A stretch of 64,000 nucleotides of DNA, from contig BROI01000022.1 in the NCBI GenBank assembly GCA_027923505.1, positions 310,001 to 374,000 on the forward strand, read 5' to 3'. This document shows, piece by piece, positions 56,606 to 64,000 of the stretch. Both the position numbers and the translations under genes were made by a program. This DNA comes from Mayamaea pseudoterrestris (taxonomy: Eukaryota). The notes under the pieces are model-generated. The model did no database searches, was not told the DNA's origin, and was given only the letters and a program-made list of their open reading frames with translations. Numbering within the stretch: position 1 is the first letter of the stretch; the number at the start of each line of letters is the position of its first letter.

Positions 56606-59600
56606 ATGATAACGCGCAGCAAGGAGCAGAAGCAAGGCGCCGGCCACGACCGAGCCGGAAATGACAACACCAATTTATTCATCAATGCCAACAACAGCAG
56701 CACGTCTAGTACTTTGCAGCCGATTCCATTCAGTTGTATTGCTTCCACTAACTCATTTGGAGGAGATGTACTTAATTTTGCTTCGAGCGACGCTGGAAAG
56801 ATACGCGGCGGTCTTGGCGGCGGCGGCGGCCGCAAAGGCGTGATCAATGCGTTCGGGTCGGCGGCCAGTCCAAGCATATCTGCACGTCTGCAGTCAACTA
56901 CTTTTGACTCATTTCCACCCAAGCCGCCTGCTTCTGGAGGATTTTCCTATCATCAGTACACTGCCAGCGGCGGCGGCGCTTTCTCTTTTGCTTCGGGCAA
57001 GACTGATCCGAACGAACGTTATGCAGCCACGAACGACGCCACTACTTCTTCACCCGCGCTTCGAGATCGGCTTCGCAGCCGCCGTCGCGCCAGTGCTGCT
57101 GCTGCTGTTCATGCAAGCCATGACGGATTCACGACGAGTGCTCAGGGACGCGATGGCAATGCTTTTGTGGGAAAGACTGATCCAAACGAGCGAGGAGCAA
57201 CACCGTCGCTTGTTGAAGAGTTTACTAGTAGTGGATTTGCTTTCTACAATGGAAGCGCAACAAGTAACGCAACTAATGCATCAACTTTTGGGCAAGGAAG
57301 CATTACAGTGGCGCCGATAGCTGCGTGGACAGTGCCGACGCGACAAAGCCAATTGCAAGTTGACGCTGACTTCAAGTACGCCTTGGAACAGCAAGAGCAG
57401 GAGCCAAAGGACGCAAAGAAACGCAAGCAAGCCTTGGAAGAGCAAGAACGCAAGGCGATGACATCAAGCAACACTGGAAAAGCATTTTTGTTTGTCGCCG
57501 ACTTGTTGAAACAGATTGAACAATTCAACAAGCAATATCCCGAATCAAAAATTTCGCCATTGGCTCGCGATGATATGATTCCTCTGCTCGAGCGATTCCT
57601 TTCAAAGCAAGAGGAGCTTCGCGTAGCAGGTTTGAGTACCGAGGTATGCTACGGATATCATTACACAAAAGAGGAGAATCTTTCTCGCATTCAAACGGAC
57701 GGACTTTTGACGCAGCATGAACGCGCATCCAAAAAAATAAAGTCGAATTTCAACGGCGCATTGCATGGAGACGGCATATACACGAGCGATCGTCCCGACA
57801 CTCACCGTGGCCACCCGTATGGTAACATTGGCTTGTTTGTTGCTCGGTTGAAAGGACAGATCTCGGGGGAATCGTCTACTAGTACATTCGTCAGTGGTCA
57901 TGTCGTCGTCTTGCGAAAATCGGACCAATGCGTTCCACTTTTCAAGTATTCCGGCGAGCCCGAACATGTCATTCGCATGTGCCATCAAACTCTCCAGCCC
58001 TTTTTCGATTCGTGGTTTAACAAGGATGCGAATTATCGGTTCGACGCCAATGCTCGCTTGAATTCAGCTGCGTTGACATGGAATTCCTATCAACCTCCAG
58101 CCGCCCCGTTGACTTTTGGGTCGACATTTAGCAGTCAAGCTCAAACGGCTGCCAGTAATTCATCCTCGTACATTCATCACTTGTTTGGTGGTTTTGCGAA
58201 CAATTCAGGAAACGCGAAACCAAGTGCGCCCACCACGTCGGTCCCTTTGTTTGCTACGGGTTCCACCACTCCTTTCGGGGGAAGATCTGCTTATGATACA
58301 ATTGCTGCGAGCAACGCCGCCGGCCGAGGTCCCACCACTTCGGTCCCTTTGTTTGCTACAAGCTCCACCGCTCCTTTCGGAGGAGGATCAGCTTATGATA
58401 CAATTGCTGCGAAAAACGTCGCCGGCCGAGGTCCCACCACTTCGGTCCCTTTGTTTGCTATGGGTTCCACCGCTCCTTCCGGAGGAGTATCTGCTTACGA
58501 TACAATTGCTGCGAAAAACGCCGCCGGCCAAGGCTGGCAACCTGGCGGTTCTTTTGGAGCATCACCTTCCGTCAGTCTATCTACATCGTCACTGTTTGGC
58601 ACATTTGCGTCATCGGCTATAGCGCCTTTTGGGTCAGCTGCCGGATCTGCGAACGTGGTTTCTTTACCTGCAAACGGCGACTCTTACGTTGGAACGTCGT
58701 GTGTCACGACTTCGGCTACGGCTATCAGTGCATCTCGTTTTAAACTATTGTCTGCGACAACGTCCACCGCAGCTGCCCCTGGCTTTGCCTTCAGTGCACA
58801 GTCTTCACCCGCGGCTACAATTTCAACTGCCGCTTTCAGTGGATTCGGCGCACCGGCTTCATATAATTCCGCAGTGCCTGCAATCATTGCAAGCCGCGCC
58901 TTTGGTTTCGGAGCACCATCTGCGACGATTGGTGGTGTTGGCTTCGGCGTTCCGCTTGCTGCGTCTTCCAGCTTGAATGGTACTGATGCGATCCGAACCA
59001 TTCGCTACAACGCGCCCGATCAGCTGAACAATGATGCCAAACAAAACATTGTACCCAGTGTGAGCCCAGTAGGATCTCCCAGCGATGTATGTGTCATCTG
59101 TCTTTATTCACTGGCATCTAAACCGCTTGGAAAGAGTGCTACCTGTGGACACATGTTTCATCATGCCTGCATTTTAGAATCGTTGTCTCATTCGAGTCGA
59201 TGCCCGCTTTGCCAGAAGAACATCGGGACACCGCAAGGCACAATGCCATCTGGCAGCATGACAGTTTCGTTTGACCCGTCGTTGACCTGCAGCGGTCATG
59301 GTCCTGGAACGATCCAAATTGTTTATTCCTTTTCTGATGGAACGCAGAAGTCATATCACGGCAACCCTGGTGTGTCATTTAATGCTACGTCTCGCCTCGC
59401 ATACCTTCCGGACAATGTGCAAGGTCGCGACCTGTTGAAGCGCCTGGAATATGCCTTTTCCCACGGACTCACCTTTACCGTGGGCACCTCGCTGACCAGC
59501 AATGCTCCCAACCAAATCACGTGGGCGTCAATCCATCACAAGACTGACACTTCTGGCGGTGTTCATGGGTATCCGGATGCAAATTTTGATGCCAATTGCA

Positions 59601-59647
59601 ACGGTGAGCTTGATGTGTTGGGCGTTCCGGCTGCCAGCGACTTGTAA
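56606..59647 (+). CDS. Deltex-type RING-DTC E3 ligase with internal PARP/ART-like domain and FG-rich low-complexity regions
   Basis: RING-H2 CVIC...CGHMFHHAC...CPLC, DTC motifs GTMPSGSM, RLAYLPDN, ITWASIHHKT, HGYPD; central YGYHYT...GALHGDGIY motif. Confidence 0.85.
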   Translation: MITRSKEQKQGAGHDRAGNDNTNLFINANNSSTSSTLQPIPFSCIASTNSFGGDVLNFASSDAGKIRGGLGGGGGRKGVINAFGSAASPSISARLQSTTFDSFPPKPPASGGFSYHQYTASGGGAFSFASGKTDPNERYAATNDATTSSPALRDRLRSRRRASAAAAVHASHDGFTTSAQGRDGNAFVGKTDPNERGATPSLVEEFTSSGFAFYNGSATSNATNASTFGQGSITVAPIAAWTVPTRQSQLQVDADFKYALEQQEQEPKDAKKRKQALEEQERKAMTSSNTGKAFLFVADLLKQIEQFNKQYPESKISPLARDDMIPLLERFLSKQEELRVAGLSTEVCYGYHYTKEENLSRIQTDGLLTQHERASKKIKSNFNGALHGDGIYTSDRPDTHRGHPYGNIGLFVARLKGQISGESSTSTFVSGHVVVLRKSDQCVPLFKYSGEPEHVIRMCHQTLQPFFDSWFNKDANYRFDANARLNSAALTWNSYQPPAAPLTFGSTFSSQAQTAASNSSSYIHHLFGGFANNSGNAKPSAPTTSVPLFATGSTTPFGGRSAYDTIAASNAAGRGPTTSVPLFATSSTAPFGGGSAYDTIAAKNVAGRGPTTSVPLFAMGSTAPSGGVSAYDTIAAKNAAGQGWQPGGSFGASPSVSLSTSSLFGTFASSAIAPFGSAAGSANVVSLPANGDSYVGTSCVTTSATAISASRFKLLSATTSTAAAPGFAFSAQSSPAATISTAAFSGFGAPASYNSAVPAIIASRAFGFGAPSATIGGVGFGVPLAASSSLNGTDAIRTIRYNAPDQLNNDAKQNIVPSVSPVGSPSDVCVICLYSLASKPLGKSATCGHMFHHACILESLSHSSRCPLCQKNIGTPQGTMPSGSMTVSFDPSLTCSGHGPGTIQIVYSFSDGTQKSYHGNPGVSFNATSRLAYLPDNVQGRDLLKRLEYAFSHGLTFTVGTSLTSNAPNQITWASIHHKTDTSGGVHGYPDANFDANCNGELDVLGVPAASDL
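58229..58534 (+). repeat. Three 102-bp (34-aa) in-frame tandem repeats inside the Deltex-like gene
   Basis: PTTSVPLFA...SAYDTIAA.N.AG units start at 58229, 58331, 58433. Confidence 0.9.
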
Positions 59648-59884
59648 AAAAGTTTTCCCGGCATAATGTGCAATGTGCGTTGTTCGCAAACAGTAGACAC
59701 GACAATGGCATTCTTTTACTAATAGTAATAATACTCACGATACTAATAAACTGGTTTGAGCTTGAAAATCGGTTTTACATTAAGCATAAGGTGAGGAGTG
59801 GGCCTGCCACATATGACAGATCATGGCTACCATGAACTCAATACTTCTGTTAATTCACTTCAAAACGATATGCGAACGTAGACT

Positions 59885-61311
59885 TTACATTGTGTAAAAG
59901 GCAAGCTCCTTTTCGCGGTTGTTGACCGCCTTCTTGTATGCCGCGTCAAAGTCCTTTGCCAAAACTACGTACCGATTCTCACGGACAGCCTGCAAGCCTG
60001 CTTCGGCGCAGATGGATGAAATGTCTGCGGAAGAAATCTTTTCAGATCTATTAATGTAGTCTTCCAAATCAAGCTCCTCCGAAAGGTTCATTTTCGACGT
60101 GGCAGCCTGAAAGACAAGTCGTTTTTGACGACGATCTGGAACAGGAAACTCAATCTTTCGGTCCAAACGACCAGGACGAAGCAACGCTGGGTCTAATGTA
60201 TCCGCACGATTTGTCGCCATGATCACCTTGACGTTTGTCTGCTGGTCAAAGCCATCCAACTGTGTAAGTAGCTCGAGCAAGATGCGCTGCACCTCGCGGT
60301 CAGCGCCAGTCTGTGCATCAAATCGTTTCGTCGCAATGGCGTCAATCTGAAACAAGCCAATCACGTTAGTTAGGCCCGACGCATTTGTAGCAACCAACCT
60401 TCATACCATGCACGCAAACGTACCTCATCAATGAAAACCACGCAGGGACTGTTTTCTCGCGCCAGGCGGAAAACATCTCGCACCATACGAGGGCCTTCTC
60501 CCAAGTACTTTTGCACAAACTCACTTCCAACCATGGAAATAAAGGTCGCAGATGTTGCATTCGCCACAGCCTTGGCCATCATTGTCTTGCCTGTACCTGG
60601 CGGTCCATACAGCAAGACGCCACGCGGCGGGTCAATACCAATCTGCGTGTACAAATGATGCTGCAGGAGCGGAAGCTCAATTGCTTCGCGAACCTCTTGC
60701 TTCTGCATATCCATTCCTCCAATATCCTTGTAGGTAACATTCGGCTTTTCCGTCATGAGCTTGACGGTCGAGTCTGACTCTGGCGGCAAGATATCCACAA
60801 CCGAGTGCGAGTGGCGGTGCAAGGCAATCGAAGTGTTTGGCTTCAAGAGCTCGCGATCCAAGGTGGAAAGGATGCGAACGTAGTAATTGGACCCAGCCGT
60901 TGACGAAATGATGCCATAATTGGCGTCGATCATTTCATTAAATTGGCCAATGACCAGCGGAACGCTTTGAATGCGGCGTATCTCTTCCTTGGCGCGAAGG
61001 AGCTCTCGCTGCAAGTGGCGCATCTCGTCCTTTAGATATTCCTCCTGCAGTTCGACAAACTCAACCTGACCTTCGAGGCGCTTGAGCTCCTGATAGAGGT
61101 CGAGTTCAGCTTCCTGTCCAGCTTTACTGTCCTTGCTATCTGTCGCAACAGCCGTCTTGATTTTAGTCTAACGAGACGATTCAAAAAGCGTGAGAGACGA
61201 AAGCACCAGCATCGAAAAGTCGGGCATGCACCCGCCTCGCCTTTGCCTCGCCTCATTCTTCTCTGGTCTTACCATTCCATCGTAAGCGGAAAGAACAGCC
61301 GCAGATGCCAT
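59885..61311 (-). CDS. RPT3: 26S proteasome AAA-ATPase subunit RPT3 (PSMC4); 3 exons
   Basis: [68 protein letters not shown] introns about 61272-61168 and 60424-60347. Confidence 0.96.
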
Positions 61312-61639
61312 ATTTGTCACTCTTTAGTGGTGATAGATAAAAGAGACGAAGCTACGGTAGCGATGTGATGATGCCTTTTCCGCCATTGTCGATCCGGACG
61401 GATGTCCAACGAAGTTGGATCTCACAGGGTGTCTTTTCATTGCCGCAGCGATGCCGGTCTCTATGCGACACGGCCTCTTGCGTCGCATGCGGCCTATCGC
61501 AGTTCATTTGCACCATTGCAATCACTCCAAACCATTTGGTAAATAAACAAACGAAGAGATTATGAGTACCTCAAAAAGGCCAGTCCTTACTACTTCAAGT
61601 CACCATAAAGAACCATCAAATCCACAACAATCCGTCGTC

Positions 61640-64000
61640 ATGCAAACGCCGCACACGATGCGCCTACTCAAACTCGTCCAGGACGGAACGTACGAACATG
61701 CCCAGCAGGCGACGCAAATCTTGGTGCGCCAAGTGGGTCCTACACTGTCGCCAACACTGCTGTGGGACTTGATTGGTCGACTGGCCGAGTGCTGCATCTT
61801 TCATAGCGACTGGAAGTCGCGAGTGAATGCTAGCTACGGAGTGCAGCAAATGGTCATGTTGACGTGCAGCAGCAGCGACAGCAACGACGCGAGTGATACT
61901 GACGAATCGTCTATCAATATTATCGACCACCAAATGGAGGAGTTGTTTGAAAAACAAGACAATTCGTTGACGGTAGAATCCATTTTGGAGTGCTTGGGAC
62001 AAATATTGGCGGAAGGTACACCACTCTACTCCAAGAGTGAGCACGACGATTCCGTCAATATGAGTCAAGACGACGCTGAACTGCTTGCCTTTGACGAAGA
62101 GCGATTGAACAACAATGTCGACAATGAAGAATCAGCAGCGACCAACGATCAAACCGACTCGTTCCTGCAGCAGCGAGTGCGAATGCAGCAAAGTATACTG
62201 CAACGGCGCTTAGGATTGATGGGGTTTGGACGTATCGGCATTGACACGGACGACTTGATCGCGAATGTTGTCACGAGTCGTGACTTGCTGCCGCCGGACG
62301 CGAAAGGTACAGACGAGCCAGTCGCCAAGCGCCGACGACGAATAGCCGACAACAACAAGTTTGATCCCAAGCTACGAGTCTTGCTGGTTTTGGAAATGGA
62401 GGAACAGTTACGGCGTCGTGGTCGCGAAGAGTCTGACATTCAATCCATACGCAGCAATCAACTAAATGATACTAGCAGTGACATTAGCAATCCACAATCT
62501 CTCTTGGCATCCGAAGTCATTTACCGCATGCTCGACCCCAAGTGGGAAATTCGACACGGCGCAGCACTGGCGTGCCTTGGCTTGGTGCGGGCGTGGTACG
62601 TGCAGCAGCAGCAGCAGCAGCAGCACGAAGCGGCGCCATTAACGTTTGGAGCATGGTTGCAGCAAGTCATGGCGCGGTGCTTGTGCGTTTTGGCGCTGGA
62701 CCGGTTTGGCGACTTTGGTTTGGGTGGTGTTGTGGCGCCGGTGCGAGAGTCGGTGGGGCAGCTACTGAGCGTACTGGTAGCAATGGCTCCCAGAAATGTG
62801 CAGGAATGTACGTTTCATGTGTTATTTCGACTCGTTGAGTATCATGAAGACTGGGAGGTTAGGTTTGGAGCTTTGATTGCGTTCAAGTACATTGTTGTAC
62901 TGTATCTGAAAGAGTCGATGACTCCAACAAGTAATACAAATGTATCAGATTCGAGCTGTTCCGACGCAGTTTGGTGTAGCGTACTTGTTGAACGAATAGC
63001 AAGAAAGGCGAGTGACTGCTTAAAGGATAAAAGTGATGACGTGAAAGGCATTGCAGCAATAATTCTTGTCGAGTACATACTGCAATCGCCTGCAGTGCCG
63101 GATGTGGCATTTCAAGCTGCTGGCCCGCTTTGGAGGGCATTGCGAAGCGTTGATAATCTGAGCTCATGTTTATCAGATTTATCAATACTGTTGTCACTTC
63201 TGATCGAACATGATATAGAAAGGGTGTTGCACGAACTGCAGACTGGAAAGGGATTGGAAGGGTTGGCGATTGAGGAGGAATCACTCGACGCGGTTTCGCG
63301 ATTCATTCTACGACTGCTCGACTCATCAATGGCGTCGGTGAAACATTCCGGAATGCGGTGCATAAACGCCTTGGCGAGACCACTCAGCGATAGAATCAAC
63401 CAGACAATTTTGCACTCTGAGGATGTCGTTGCTCAAATAGGCGTTTATACAGCAGTGCTGTACCGAGTGTTTGAGACCTTTTTTGACAATGATTGTGAGA
63501 CAACGCCGAATGGTTATGAGTGTGCGCAGACATACAACGAATTGAGAGATCGAGCTTGGACGCGTTTGTCTTCTGGGAGCATTAATCTGTTGCAGCATTC
63601 CGGAGCGCAGCGATCGATTGAACTGGGTCTCGTGATGCGGTACTTTGGTGTAAAGTCGTCTCGCAGTCGAGTTAGCGACTCGTTCGTTGAAAGCACTCGA
63701 GCTGCAGGAGCTTTCAGCAGCTTTCTTCGAGCAGCTTGGAAGATGAATGAGCCAGTTCTCGCTCCTGTATTGAAGCTTGCGCTCATCGTTTTTCTACGGT
63801 CGCCCTGGCTCAATCATTTTGAAGCAGCCTGTCATCTTATCGCAGACATAGCACCTATTTTCACTGCCACAAAGGCTTTCTGGAATATTATGGATGAGCT
63901 CACCGATTACCTGGTCTCAAGGCACCCAAACTGTTTACTATATGACACATTTGCGAGCGCGGAGAATCTAAATACTCTCGAAGATGCTGCCATTATTAAA
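61640..64000 (+). CDS. BTAF1: BTAF1/MOT1 (TBP-associated SNF2 ATPase) N-terminal HEAT region; runs off the window
   Basis: Manual translation gives MQTPHTMRLLKLVQDG, SDWKSRVNA, DPKWEIRHGA, LCVLALDRFGDF, VVAPVRESVGQLL and WEVRFGALIAFKY, which match Mot1 N-terminal motifs. The ATPase domain is outside the window. Confidence 0.85.
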   Translation, partial: MQTPHTMRLLKLVQDGTYEHAQQATQILVRQVGPTLSPTLLWDLIGRLAECCIFHSDWKSRVNASYGVQQMVMLTCSSSDSNDASDTDESSINIIDHQMEELFEKQDNSLTVESILECLGQILAEGTPLYSKSEHDDSVNMSQDDAELLAFDEERLNNNVDNEESAATNDQTDSFLQQRVRMQQSILQRRLGLMGFGRIGIDTDDLIANVVTSRDLLPPDAKGTDEPVAKRRRRIADNNKFDPKLRVLLVLEMEEQLRRRGREESDIQSIRSNQLNDTSSDISNPQSLLASEVIYRMLDPKWEIRHGAALACLGLVRAWYVQQQQQQQHEAAPLTFGAWLQQVMARCLCVLALDRFGDFGLGGVVAPVRESVGQLLSVLVAMAPRNVQECTFHVLFRLVEYHEDWEVRFGALIAFKYIVVLYLKESMTPTSNTNVSDSSCSDAVWCSVLVERIARKASDCLKDKSDDVKGIAAIILVEYILQSPAVPDVAFQAAGPLWRALRSVDNLSSCLSDLSILLSLLIEHDIERVLHELQTGKGLEGLAIEEESLDAVSRFILRLLDSSMASVKHSGMRCINALARPLSDRINQTILHSEDVVAQIGVYTAVLYRVFETFFDNDCETTPNGYECAQTYNELRDRAWTRLSSGSINLLQHSGAQRSIELGLVMRYFGVKSSRSRVSDSFVESTRAAGAFSSFLRAAWKMNEPVLAPVLKLALIVFLRSPWLNHFEAACHLIADIAPIFTATKAFWNIMDELTDYLVSRHPNCLLYDTFASAENLNTLEDAAIIK

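Overview
Eukaryotic nuclear DNA, most likely a diatom (stramenopile): compact genes, short GT-AG introns, diatom-style hypothetical proteins, a CoDi-like Copia element. Gene-dense blocks (about 0.6-8 kb, 18-23.6 kb and 46-64 kb) encode kinesin-14, WDR55, an FAD monooxygenase, UMP-CMP kinase, a Nudix hydrolase, a Rab GTPase, MBF1, VPS72/YL1, a Deltex-type E3, RPT3 and the 5' part of BTAF1/MOT1. Between them lie two mobile-element zones. Zone 1 (8.1-17.8 kb) holds an intact Ty3/Gypsy element whose gag and pol are separated by one in-frame TGA. Its 5' LTR is interrupted by a 676-bp non-coding mini-LTR element (TRIM) whose 206-bp LTRs each carry a ~60-nt tRNA-like Pol III module; that module's predicted CCA-tailed 3' end is complementary to the TRIM's own primer-binding site. 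A deletion-riddled duplicate just upstream is probably an assembly artefact. Zone 2 (23.7-45.8 kb) is a decayed island with a Harbinger-like MITE carrying phased palindrome arrays, a Copia with matching LTRs but broken ORFs, and several pseudogenes. Best candidates for novelty: the tRNA-like, possibly self-priming TRIM, and one protein combining an ADP-ribosyltransferase-like domain with a Deltex RING-DTC ligase. All calls were made by eye; no database searches were run.
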